From an uncultured delta proteobacterium (lineage in GTDB: Bacteria > Myxococcota > Myxococcia > SLRQ01), in NCBI GenBank assembly GCA_963727485.1, contig CAVSGM010000001.1, forward strand, positions 768,001 to 832,000: a DNA stretch of 64,000 bases, given 5' to 3'. A program made the translations under genes and the position numbers. The notes beneath the pieces were generated by a model. That model did not search any database and was not told the origin of the DNA. It was given only the letters and a program-made list of their open reading frames with translations. Below, in pieces: positions 46,193 to 55,485 of the stretch (its first letter is position 1; each line of letters opens with the position of its first letter).

Positions 46193-46405
46193 TCGGCCGG
46201 CGGGATCGCCCGGCGCAAGGGACGCGCCGGGAGCGCGCGGTAGCCCCCGTTGACACCCCAGAGGGCGTGTTTACTGAATTGGGCGACACGGAGCGGCGGC
46301 CCCCGAAAACCGGGGCCCCGCTCCCCTGGCCCGGGCGTGCGGTGGCGGCGCCCGAGGTGCGTCTTCAACACGGCCCGACGTCCGTCGGGAAGGAGGAGCT
46401 ACGCC

Positions 46406-46888
46406 ATGCTGACTCGCTGGAGCGACTTGGGATTCGGAGACCTCGGCCGGGGCTTCGACACCTTCGACAACCTTCGCCGGCGGATGGACCGCCTCTTCGA
46501 GGAGTGGGACCGGGGCGTCGAGACCGGGCTGCTCGGTGGGGACGGCGCGCGGCAGCGTCTGGCCACCTGGCCCGCGGCGAACCTCTACGACGCCGGCGAC
46601 GCCTTCGTGGTCCAGGCGATGGTCCCCGGCGTGGACCGCGGGGACCTGGAGATCCAGGTGAACCAGGACAGCTTCATCGTCTCCGGGGAGCGGAAGGCCG
46701 AGGCCCCCCAGGGCTACGCCGTCCACCGCCGGGAGCGCGGCGGCCTCAAGTTCTCCCGGAGCTTCACCCTGCCCTCGAAGCTCGACCCCGAGCACGCCGA
46801 GGCCAGCCTGAAGAACGGCGTCCTCACGGTGCGCCTGGGCAAGGCCCCGGAGGCGAAGCCCCACAAGATCGACGTGAAGGTCTCCTGA
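46406..46888 (+). CDS. Hsp20/alpha-crystallin small heat-shock protein
   Basis: AAGGAGG RBS; WPAANLY, HRRERG..FSRSFTLP, KNGVLTVRL. Confidence 0.92.
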   Translation: MLTRWSDLGFGDLGRGFDTFDNLRRRMDRLFEEWDRGVETGLLGGDGARQRLATWPAANLYDAGDAFVVQAMVPGVDRGDLEIQVNQDSFIVSGERKAEAPQGYAVHRRERGGLKFSRSFTLPSKLDPEHAEASLKNGVLTVRLGKAPEAKPHKIDVKVS

Positions 46889-46918
46889 CCCGCACACCCT
46901 TTGGAGAGGAATCGAACC

Positions 46919-47308
46919 ATGGCACGCACCGATATCGAGAAGCGGGAGACCGCCCATCCCGAGACCTACGCCGAGCCCCGTCGGCCGGTGGTGAACCCGC
47001 CGGTGGACATCTACGAGAACGACGACGAGCTGCTGCTCCTCGTCGATCTCCCCGGCGTCGACAAGCAGTCCCTGAACATCCGCCTGGAGAATGACGAGCT
47101 GGCCATCGAGGGCCGGTGGGCCATCGCCGAGATCGGCAACGCCCTGGGCGTCGGCTTCCGGCCGGTGGACTACGAGCGCCGCTTCACCGTGCCGGCCACC
47201 ATCCAGGCCGACAAGGTGGGCGCCGAGCTCAAGGCCGGGGTGCTCCACCTGCGCCTGCCCAAGGCCGAGGCCTACAAGCCGCGGCAGATCCAGGTGAAGG
47301 GCGAGTAG
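46919..47308 (+). CDS. Hsp20/alpha-crystallin small heat-shock protein
   Basis: PPVDIYE, DLPGV, YERRF, GVLHLRLPK. Confidence 0.92.
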   Translation: MARTDIEKRETAHPETYAEPRRPVVNPPVDIYENDDELLLLVDLPGVDKQSLNIRLENDELAIEGRWAIAEIGNALGVGFRPVDYERRFTVPATIQADKVGAELKAGVLHLRLPKAEAYKPRQIQVKGE

Positions 47309-47376
47309 CGCCGAGACCCAGCGGGCCACGGGGGCCCCTCGCCCCGCCCGGGCGGCGGTGATAGGAAGGATCCCCC

Positions 47377-48420
47377 GTGGCCTCGGCGAACCATCCCGAC
47401 CATCCCTGGCCGCTCCCCCAGGGCACCCCAGCCATCGAGGTCTGGTATGCCCTGGCCGGCCCCCGGGAGGGTCGGTTCGCCTTCTGGTACCGCTACACGC
47501 TGCTCTCCACCGCCGGCGGCCTCGAGGAGGCCCGGGTGTGGGCGGCGCTCACCGACCGGGCCGACCCGGGGCGCAGCTTCCTGTTCACCCGTCGGCTGCC
47601 GCTCGGGGCCGCGCGCTTCGGGGCCGGCGCCTTCGCCCTCGACGTGGGGGACGCCGGCCACCTCGACGACGGCCACGCCAAAGGGCAGCTGGAGACGCCC
47701 TTGGGGCGGGTGGCCTGGGCCCTCGACTGGACCCCCGACCCCGAGCCCTTCACCCCCATCGGCAGCCCGGCGCTCACCGAGGTGGCGGTGCGCCTCCTCG
47801 GCGCCGGCCGGCACCGGAGCGTGAACGAGGCGGTCCTGGCCACCGGCCGGGTGGAGGTCGCAGGCGCGGTCCTCGAGCTCGACCGGGCCCCGGCCCACCA
47901 GGGGCACACCTCGGGCAAGGTCCTCAACGACGCCTGGTCCTGGGTGCAGTGCAACGCCTTTGACGACGAGACCGTGGCCCTCGAGGCCCTCCACCTCAAG
48001 GGGATGACCACCGTGTGCCTCAAGGCCGGGGGCCGGGTCCACCGCCTCAACCGGGTGCGCGACCTCTTTGGACCGCGGAAGAGCCGGAGCACCTCGGAGG
48101 TGGGGCGGTGGCACCTCGAGGCCGCCGGCGACGGGGTGCGGCTCGAGGCCACCATCACCGCCGAGCCCGACCTGTGGCAGCGCGCCGCCTACCTCTCGCC
48201 CGACGGCACCCTGCGCTACAACGCCCACTGCTCCCTGGCCCGGGTCGAGCTCACCGTCCGCGAGGCCGCCGGGCCCGGGCGCGGGTCGGCGCCCGCGGTG
48301 CACCGCAGCGAGGCCGGCCGGGTCGAGTGGGTGGGCCGCAGGCCCCAGGTGCCGGGCCCCCACTTCCCCGACGTCTGGGAGGCCGCGGTGAGCGGCGCCC
48401 GGCATGGGACCCCTCCATGA
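47377..48420 (+). CDS. Hypothetical protein, tocopherol-cyclase/lipocalin-like (tentative)
   Basis: EVWY..FWYRYTL, AHQGHTSG..WSWVQCNAF; ATGA overlap with the amylase gene. Confidence 0.6.
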   Translation: MASANHPDHPWPLPQGTPAIEVWYALAGPREGRFAFWYRYTLLSTAGGLEEARVWAALTDRADPGRSFLFTRRLPLGAARFGAGAFALDVGDAGHLDDGHAKGQLETPLGRVAWALDWTPDPEPFTPIGSPALTEVAVRLLGAGRHRSVNEAVLATGRVEVAGAVLELDRAPAHQGHTSGKVLNDAWSWVQCNAFDDETVALEALHLKGMTTVCLKAGGRVHRLNRVRDLFGPRKSRSTSEVGRWHLEAAGDGVRLEATITAEPDLWQRAAYLSPDGTLRYNAHCSLARVELTVREAAGPGRGSAPAVHRSEAGRVEWVGRRPQVPGPHFPDVWEAAVSGARHGTPP

Positions 48421-50618
48421 GACACCCGTCGCCCGTCCCCCACCTGGCCGCGGCCTGCGCGGCCCTCCTCCTGGCCGCCTGCTCCGGGAAGCCGACCAAG
48501 CCCCCGCCGCCCCCGCCGGCGTCGTCGTTCACCCAGCGCGACTGCACCACCACCTTCCACTTCGACGACGGGAAGGCCCACACCTCGGTGGTGGTCAGCG
48601 GGCCCTTCGACGGGTGGTCCGAGACCGCGGACCGGATGACCCACGGGGCCGGGACCACCTGGTCCCTGGACCTGGATCTCCCCGCCGGCGAGGTCCCCTA
48701 CAAGCTGGTGGTCGACGGCCAGTGGGTCCGCGATCCCTCGAACCCCTTCACCCTCTGGTCCGGGGGCGCCGAGGACTCGAAGCTCGTCGTCCCCGACTGC
48801 AGCCAGCCGGGCCTGCGCCTCGACCACTTCGCCGCCCACCCCGACGGAACGGTGGCGATGCACGCCACCTACCTCGACGACACGGCGAAGGCCGGGCCCG
48901 ACCCGTCCTCGGCGAAGGTCACCCTCGACGGGACCGCCGTGAAGGACGACGGGTTCCAGGCGGCGGACGGGACCTTCGACCTCGCCCTCGACGGTATGCC
49001 CGCGGGGAAGCACACCCTGGTGGTCTCGGTGAGCGACGCCGCGGGCCAGCCGGCGCCGCCCCTCTACCTGCCCTTCTGGATCCAGGCCAGGCCCTTCTCC
49101 TTCGACGGGGGGCTGCTCTACTTCGCCTTCACCGACCGGTTCAAGGACGGGGACACGTCCAACGACAATCCCACCGCCCAGGTCGCGACCCCGGCGAACT
49201 ACCAGGGCGGTGACTTCGCCGGGATCACCCAGGAGCTCGACGCCGGCTACTTCGACAAGCTGGGGGTCACCGCCCTGTGGATCTCCCCGGTGCAGGCGAA
49301 CCCCGGCGCCGCCTTCCCCGGCGACGACGGCCGGGACTACACCGGCTACCACGGCTACTGGCCCAGCGCCCCGCGCACCACCCAGCCGCGCTTCGGGAGC
49401 CTCAAGGACCTGAAGGCGCTCACCGCCGCCGCCCACGCCCACGGGATCCGGGTGCTCGCCGACGTGGTGTTCAACCATGTCCACGTGGACGACCCCTACT
49501 ACCAGCAGCACCAGCACGACGGCTGGTTCAACGGCGACGGGAGCTGCATCTGCGGCGCCCCGGGCTGCGACTGGAACACCTACCGGCTCACCTGCTGGTT
49601 CGCGCCCTATCTCGCCGATCTCAACTGGAAGAACCCCGACGTCGACGACACCATGATCGGCGACACCATGTGGTGGCTGAAGCAGGCGGACCTCGACGGC
49701 TTCCGGGTCGACGCGGTGAAGCACTTCGACAAGGTGGCGGTCCGAAACCTCCGGGGTGAGCTGCTGAAGATCGAGCACCGCACCGGGGTCCACTACCACC
49801 TGGTGGGCGAGACCTTCACCGGCGACGGGGACGCCGACCGGCAGCTCATCGCCCAGTACCTGGGGCCGGGGATGCTCGACGGCCAGTTCGACTTCCCCCT
49901 CTACTGGAACGTGGTCCGCGCGTTTGCCCGCGGCGAGGAGACCTTCAAGGACCTCGACGCGGCGGTGCAGGCGGGGCAGGCGGCCTGGCCCGCGGGGTCG
50001 GTGATGTCGCTGATGCTCGGGAACCAGGACGTGCCCCGGATCTACAGCCACGCCGCCGGGGACATCGCCGACGTCTGGGGCAACGGGGCCAAGCAGCAGG
50101 CCTGGGACGCGCCGCCGGCGGCCCACGACGACGACGTGGCCTACGGGAAGCTGCGCCTCGCCTTCGCCTTCCTCCTCACCCAGCCGGGGCTGCCGCTCAT
50201 CTACTACGGCGACGAGTACGGGATGCCCGGCGCCGGGGACCCGGACAACCGCCGGCCCATGCGCTTCGGGTCGGACCTGCTCCCCCGGGAGGCGTCGCTG
50301 CTCACGGTGGTCCGCCAGCTCGGCCGCCTGCGCCGGGACGTGCCCGCGCTCCAGAAGGGCGGCGAGCACACCCTCTTCGTCGACGACGACCTCTACGTCT
50401 ACGACCGGGACGCCGGGGCGGACCAGATCGCGGTGGTGGCCCTGAACCGTGGGGGCACCGACCGGACGGTGACCGTGACCCTCCCCGGGGCCCTGGGCCA
50501 GGCGCCCCGGGTGAGCTTCGACGAGCGCCTCGGGGGCGGCCAGCAGGCGTCGGTGGACGGGAAGCTGACGATCACCGTCCCCGCCGGGGCGGCGCAGGTG
50601 TGGACGCCGACGCCGTGA
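48417..50618 (+). CDS. GH13 alpha-amylase-family lipoprotein with N-terminal CBM48-like domain
   Basis: Lipobox LAAC; YKLVVDGQWVRDP; DVVFNH, DGFRVDAVKH, VGE, NQD, IYYGDEYG. Confidence 0.9.
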   Translation: MRHPSPVPHLAAACAALLLAACSGKPTKPPPPPPASSFTQRDCTTTFHFDDGKAHTSVVVSGPFDGWSETADRMTHGAGTTWSLDLDLPAGEVPYKLVVDGQWVRDPSNPFTLWSGGAEDSKLVVPDCSQPGLRLDHFAAHPDGTVAMHATYLDDTAKAGPDPSSAKVTLDGTAVKDDGFQAADGTFDLALDGMPAGKHTLVVSVSDAAGQPAPPLYLPFWIQARPFSFDGGLLYFAFTDRFKDGDTSNDNPTAQVATPANYQGGDFAGITQELDAGYFDKLGVTALWISPVQANPGAAFPGDDGRDYTGYHGYWPSAPRTTQPRFGSLKDLKALTAAAHAHGIRVLADVVFNHVHVDDPYYQQHQHDGWFNGDGSCICGAPGCDWNTYRLTCWFAPYLADLNWKNPDVDDTMIGDTMWWLKQADLDGFRVDAVKHFDKVAVRNLRGELLKIEHRTGVHYHLVGETFTGDGDADRQLIAQYLGPGMLDGQFDFPLYWNVVRAFARGEETFKDLDAAVQAGQAAWPAGSVMSLMLGNQDVPRIYSHAAGDIADVWGNGAKQQAWDAPPAAHDDDVAYGKLRLAFAFLLTQPGLPLIYYGDEYGMPGAGDPDNRRPMRFGSDLLPREASLLTVVRQLGRLRRDVPALQKGGEHTLFVDDDLYVYDRDAGADQIAVVALNRGGTDRTVTVTLPGALGQAPRVSFDERLGGGQQASVDGKLTITVPAGAAQVWTPTP

Positions 50619-50625
50619 GCCGCCG

Positions 50626-51432
50626 CTAGAACGCCGCGCCCCGGGGGAGCCCGGGGCCGAGGACGGCGAGCAGGACCACCAGGGCGACGGCGCCGGCGAC
50701 GAGCACGGCGGGGCTGCGGCCAAGGGGCAGGGCGTCCGCCTCCCCGGGCTCGGAGACGGTCCGGGACATCATCAACAGGCCGGCGTTCCCCCCGAAGGTC
50801 GAGGCGGCCGCGGAGATCACCACCAGGCGCGCGCCGGCGGGGTTCAGGGCCCCGGCGGCGCAGGCGACGACGCCCATGGCCAGGTAGGGGAGGGCGGCGA
50901 GGCGCCGGGCCCGGCGGCGGCGCTCGGTGGGGTCCCGGCCGAGGAAGGGCACCAGGGTCCGGCGGGCGTGGCTGAAGCCGGCGGAGTAGATCCCCGCGCC
51001 CAGCAGGGTGAGGCCCAGGCGCCAGAAGAAGGGGTGGGCCAGCCCCTGGACGAAGGCGTTCCAGTCGCCGAAGTGGGCGAAGGAGAGCACCATCAGGTAG
51101 CCGCCGCCGGTGAACACGTTCACGGTGAACCCGAGCCAGAGGAGGTAGCGGGTCCAGGGCCGGGCGCCCCGGGCGAGGCGCATCAGCGGCACCAGGAGCG
51201 CCGCCGCCAGGAGGTTCATCACCGTGCCCCCGGCGTCGACGGCCCGGGCGGCCCAGCCGCTCACCGCCCCGCAGTCCATGGCCACCGACGACACCCCGTG
51301 GAAGGCGCCGCCCACCAGGAGGCAGGTGCCGCCGTGACCCACCAGCTCGTGGAGCTGGTTGGGGACCAGGTAGCCGATGACCGCCGCGGCGAGCAGCGTG
51401 GGCAGGTCGAGGGGCGCGTCGGAGCTGTGCAT
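50626..51432 (-). CDS. Multi-TM membrane protein with HExxxH motif (M50-like, tentative)
   Basis: LHELVGHG, AGG..N and GDW motifs; about seven TM segments. Confidence 0.6.
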   Translation of the reverse strand: MHSSDAPLDLPTLLAAAVIGYLVPNQLHELVGHGGTCLLVGGAFHGVSSVAMDCGAVSGWAARAVDAGGTVMNLLAAALLVPLMRLARGARPWTRYLLWLGFTVNVFTGGGYLMVLSFAHFGDWNAFVQGLAHPFFWRLGLTLLGAGIYSAGFSHARRTLVPFLGRDPTERRRRARRLAALPYLAMGVVACAAGALNPAGARLVVISAAASTFGGNAGLLMMSRTVSEPGEADALPLGRSPAVLVAGAVALVVLLAVLGPGLPRGAAF

Positions 51433-51527
51433 CCAGCCAGCATACTTTGCACCGCCGGGGGAAGGCCACGGACGCGCGAAGGGGTGTGGTCCCGCGGGTC
51501 GGGGGTGGGGTATCCTCGCCTCCTGCC

Positions 51528-53957
51528 ATGCCGGGCCGTACCGTCACCCGGAGCCTCTTGCTCCTCCTCGCGCCCCTGGCCCTGGCCGGCTGCCCGCCCA
51601 CCACCAGCGCCCACCTCTACAAGACCATGCCGGTGGCGCCGAGCTACAACGAGACCGACGTCGCGGCCATGGCGCACCTCGGGGCCCACCGGGTGGACCA
51701 GGGCGTGGACTTCGGCGTCTACTCCGGGCACGCCACCCGGGTGGACCTGCTCCTCTTCGACGACCCCGAGTCGAGCAAGCCCACCCGCGAGCTCCAGATG
51801 AAGCGCTTCGGCGACGTGTGGAACCTCTACGTCGAGGGCGTGGGGCTGGGGCAGTACTACGACTACGTCGCCTGGGGGCCCAACTGGAAGTACGACCCCG
51901 GCTGGTACCCCGGGTCGATCAAGGGCTTCGTCGCCGACGTGGACACCCAGGGGAACCGCTTCAATCCCAACAAGGCGCTGCGGGATCCCTACGCGCTGGC
52001 GGTGAGCCGGGACCACGACTGGTCCAAGGGGTCGCTCGCCAGCGGGCCCGCGCGGACCCAGAGCACCTGGGCGGCGGCGGCCAAGTCGGTGGTCGTGGAG
52101 AGCCAGTACCACTGGAGCGCCAACGAGACCCAGTGGCGCCAGGACCGGGAGAACCCCGACTGGCAGGGCCACAAGTGGAATGACCTCATCATCTACGAGA
52201 CCCATCCCAAGGGGTTCACCGCCGACCCGGCGTCGGGGGTGAAGTTCCCGGGCACCTACAAGGGCATCGGCGAGAAGGCCGACTACCTCAAGAAGCTGGG
52301 CATCAACGCGGTGGAGCTGATGCCGGTGATGGAGAAGCCGCTGGACGGCGGGTACTGGGGCTACCAGACCCTCAACTTCTTCGCGCCCGAGCTGACCTAC
52401 GCCGCCGCCGACGAGGGGCTCAAGGACATCGACGACGGGCGGATCATCGACGAGTTCAAGTGGATGGTCGACCAGCTCCACCAGGCGGGCATCGAGGTGA
52501 TCCTCGACGTGGTCTACAACCACACCGGCGAGGGCGGGCTGTGGCGGGAGAAGCTCCAGTTCTCCGACACCAACCCCGATCCCGGCACCGCCGACTCCAA
52601 CCTGGTGAACCTCGACCCCCAGGAGGTCGCCAGCCTCTACAGCTACCGGGGCCTCGACAACATCTCCTACTACGCCCTGGTCCCAAGCGACCCGCGCTTC
52701 TACATGAACGACACCGGCGTGGGCGACACCTCCCGGGACAACTACCGGCCCATGCACCAGCTCATCCTCGACTCGCTCCACTACTGGGCGAGCGAGATGC
52801 ACGTCGACGGCTTCCGCTTCGACCTGGCGCCGGTGCTCGGGGAGAAGGACCGGGTCTTCGGCAGCTCCTGGGACCCGAAGAACACGGTGCTCCAGGAGAT
52901 CATCGACGACCCCCTGCTGCAGAAGTACGACACGCGGATCATCGCCGAGCCCTGGTCGGTCACCGGCTTCCACCTCGGCGACTTCCCGGTGGCGTCGAAC
53001 TCTTCCGACGGCCGGGTGGCCTTCTACGAGTGGAACGGGAACTTCCGCGATTGGTGGCGCTCGTTCCTGAACAACGACTCGTGGACCCTCAACACCCACG
53101 AGGGGAAGATCGACGGCGGCGGGGCGCTCACCGGCTCCTACGACCTCTTCCACGCCAACGGGCGGCACCCGTACCACTCGGTGAACTTCGTCACCATCCA
53201 CGACGGGTTCACCATGTACGACCTGTTCTCCTACAACGTGAAGCAGAACGGGTGCGGGCCCCTGAACCCGGTGTGCTGCGACCATCCGACCAGCCCCTTC
53301 TGCACCCGGGACGACGGCGAGAACAACAACCGCTCGCGCAAGTGGGACAGCGAGGACATGAAGCGCCAGCTGATGCGCGACATGTTCACCGCGATGATGA
53401 TCTCCGAGGGCACCCCGATGCTCCTCGGTGGCGACGAGTGGATGCGCACCCAGCTGGGGAACAACAACGCCTACTCCACCGGGGCCGACAACTCCCACAA
53501 CTGGTACCAGTGGGGCGAGTGGCAGGCGAAGGACCCGAACGTCCGGATGCACGACTTCGTCCAGAAGATCATCGCCTTCCGCAAGTCGCATCTCTACGCC
53601 TTCGCCCCGGCGGACTACGGCACCGCCCAGTTCACCTGGGACGGCACCGGCGCCGCGGGCAACCCCGACTGGTCGAGCCGGCACATCGCCATGTACTTCG
53701 ACGACGGCGGAAAGGACCCGCGCCTCGAGGTGCTGATCAACATGGAGACCAGCCCGGTGACCTTCACCCTCCACTCGGGGAGCTGGGAGCGCCTCCTCGA
53801 CACCCAGCAGTACTTCGACTCGGACACCTATCTGCAGCAGGGCAGCCTCGACCCCAAGGTCTCCCACAACATCACCCTGAAGAGCCCGGATCCCATCCCC
53901 GGCACGCAGTACGAGGTCCAGCCGCGGTCGATCGTGGTCCTCCAGGCGACCCCCTGA
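51528..53957 (+). CDS. Isoamylase/glycogen-debranching enzyme (GH13, GlgX-like) lipoprotein
   Basis: Lipobox LAGC; YWGYQTLNFFAP, LDVVYNHTGEG, DGFRFDLA, IAEPW, NFVTIHDGFT, RTQLGNNNAY. Confidence 0.92.
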   Translation: MPGRTVTRSLLLLLAPLALAGCPPTTSAHLYKTMPVAPSYNETDVAAMAHLGAHRVDQGVDFGVYSGHATRVDLLLFDDPESSKPTRELQMKRFGDVWNLYVEGVGLGQYYDYVAWGPNWKYDPGWYPGSIKGFVADVDTQGNRFNPNKALRDPYALAVSRDHDWSKGSLASGPARTQSTWAAAAKSVVVESQYHWSANETQWRQDRENPDWQGHKWNDLIIYETHPKGFTADPASGVKFPGTYKGIGEKADYLKKLGINAVELMPVMEKPLDGGYWGYQTLNFFAPELTYAAADEGLKDIDDGRIIDEFKWMVDQLHQAGIEVILDVVYNHTGEGGLWREKLQFSDTNPDPGTADSNLVNLDPQEVASLYSYRGLDNISYYALVPSDPRFYMNDTGVGDTSRDNYRPMHQLILDSLHYWASEMHVDGFRFDLAPVLGEKDRVFGSSWDPKNTVLQEIIDDPLLQKYDTRIIAEPWSVTGFHLGDFPVASNSSDGRVAFYEWNGNFRDWWRSFLNNDSWTLNTHEGKIDGGGALTGSYDLFHANGRHPYHSVNFVTIHDGFTMYDLFSYNVKQNGCGPLNPVCCDHPTSPFCTRDDGENNNRSRKWDSEDMKRQLMRDMFTAMMISEGTPMLLGGDEWMRTQLGNNNAYSTGADNSHNWYQWGEWQAKDPNVRMHDFVQKIIAFRKSHLYAFAPADYGTAQFTWDGTGAAGNPDWSSRHIAMYFDDGGKDPRLEVLINMETSPVTFTLHSGSWERLLDTQQYFDSDTYLQQGSLDPKVSHNITLKSPDPIPGTQYEVQPRSIVVLQATP

Positions 53958-53961
53958 TCCC

Positions 53962-55485
53962 GTGAACCGAGCCTGGCGCCGACCCCTCCTCGCGGTGCTC
54001 CTCCTGGCGACCGCCCTGCCGCCCGGCGTGAGCCGTGCCGACGCCGGCGACAGCCGGGCCTCGGTGGGCGGCTACTTCCGGGTCATGGCCCGCCCGGACC
54101 TCCAGGGCGGCGACGGGCGCCTCGGGTACTGGAACCTCTACGGGCGCCTGCTCAACGAGGGGCCCTGGGCGGCCCTGGAGCTCAAGCTCGACCTCATCCC
54201 TCCGGATCCGGGCTCGGGGAAGGTGTGGACCGCGGTCCACTTCAAGCTCGAGGGGGGCTCGGTCCTCGGCGCCGACCCGGGCAACGGCAAGCTCAACGCC
54301 TTCGGGCTGACCCAGCTCTACGTGGAGGCGGGCAACGTCCTCTTCCCCGACGTCACCTGGCAGCTGGGCACCCTCGACACCTGGATGGGGGACCTCGGCC
54401 TCTACGACATGAAGCCGGCGCAGATCTTCTACGGCACCGTGGGGGTGTCGGCGACGCTGCGCAAGAAGCACCTCGACCTCACGGTGGGCGTCGGCGACTC
54501 GGGGTTCTTCCTCCTCGGGAGCCACTACAGCCCGGTGCTCACCGGCGGGGTCCTCGCCCGGATCCGGGTGGTCAGGGGCCTGGAGATCGGCGGCGGGGGC
54601 CAGTTCCAGATGGAGCCCTCGGTCCCCGACAACCCCAACGCCCCCCACACCACGCCCGGCATCCGCTACCAGGACTTCGTCCGCGGCGAGGTGGTGCAGC
54701 ACTACCTCACCCAGTACCCGGGGCAGGAGGACCAGTTCTACAAGAACCTCCCGCCCCAGGCGTCGTCGGCGGCGGCGTGGAAGCTGGTGGGGTACGTCGG
54801 CTTCGGGGGCTTCGGGCCCATCACCTGGGACAGCCTCTACGCCAACTACCAGAAGCTGCTGCCGCTGCAGACCACCACCGAGACCTACCAGGGCCGCACC
54901 TACACCCTCTACGTGAAGGGGCTCACCGACGAGCGCTACCAGGTCAACGTGGGCAACGAGATGCAGCTGTCCATCGTCCCCGGCACCCTCGACGCGGTCT
55001 GGGGGCTGCTCTACGGCCGCGACTGGAACCTCGACAACAAGATCGCCGCCGGGGAGGACAACCGGGAGTTCTACTCCACGGTGCTCCGCCTCCAGCTCTA
55101 CCTCACCAAGACCGTCCACGTGCTCCTGGAGAACAGCCTCGCCCGGGAGATCTCCCTCAACGGGGACCTCTTCCGCGCCAGCTACGACTCGGTGTTCAAG
55201 TCCACCGGTGGCCAGGCGGACACCCGGGGGCTGGCCTTCGGCGACCTGAACCACCGGGACACCTGGCAGCTCAAGGTGGGGCCGGTGTTCAACCCCGAGG
55301 GCCTCGGGATCTTCACCCGGCCCAGCCTCCGCCTGCTCTTCGGCCTCCAGCGCTCCAACACCGACGAGGCGTTTGGCTCCAGCGTCGTCAAGAGCCTGGC
55401 GGACTACAATCAGCTCAACGTGCAGCGCACCCACAACCAGTACTGGCACACCGTGGTGAGCCTGGAGGCCGAGGCATGGTTCTGA
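53962..55485 (+). CDS. Outer-membrane carbohydrate porin (LamB/maltoporin-like)
   Basis: Signal peptide; GYFR, GRLLNE, RPSLRL and C-terminal EAEAWF echo LamB-type motifs; lies between amylase genes. Confidence 0.72.
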   Translation: MNRAWRRPLLAVLLLATALPPGVSRADAGDSRASVGGYFRVMARPDLQGGDGRLGYWNLYGRLLNEGPWAALELKLDLIPPDPGSGKVWTAVHFKLEGGSVLGADPGNGKLNAFGLTQLYVEAGNVLFPDVTWQLGTLDTWMGDLGLYDMKPAQIFYGTVGVSATLRKKHLDLTVGVGDSGFFLLGSHYSPVLTGGVLARIRVVRGLEIGGGGQFQMEPSVPDNPNAPHTTPGIRYQDFVRGEVVQHYLTQYPGQEDQFYKNLPPQASSAAAWKLVGYVGFGGFGPITWDSLYANYQKLLPLQTTTETYQGRTYTLYVKGLTDERYQVNVGNEMQLSIVPGTLDAVWGLLYGRDWNLDNKIAAGEDNREFYSTVLRLQLYLTKTVHVLLENSLAREISLNGDLFRASYDSVFKSTGGQADTRGLAFGDLNHRDTWQLKVGPVFNPEGLGIFTRPSLRLLFGLQRSNTDEAFGSSVVKSLADYNQLNVQRTHNQYWHTVVSLEAEAWF

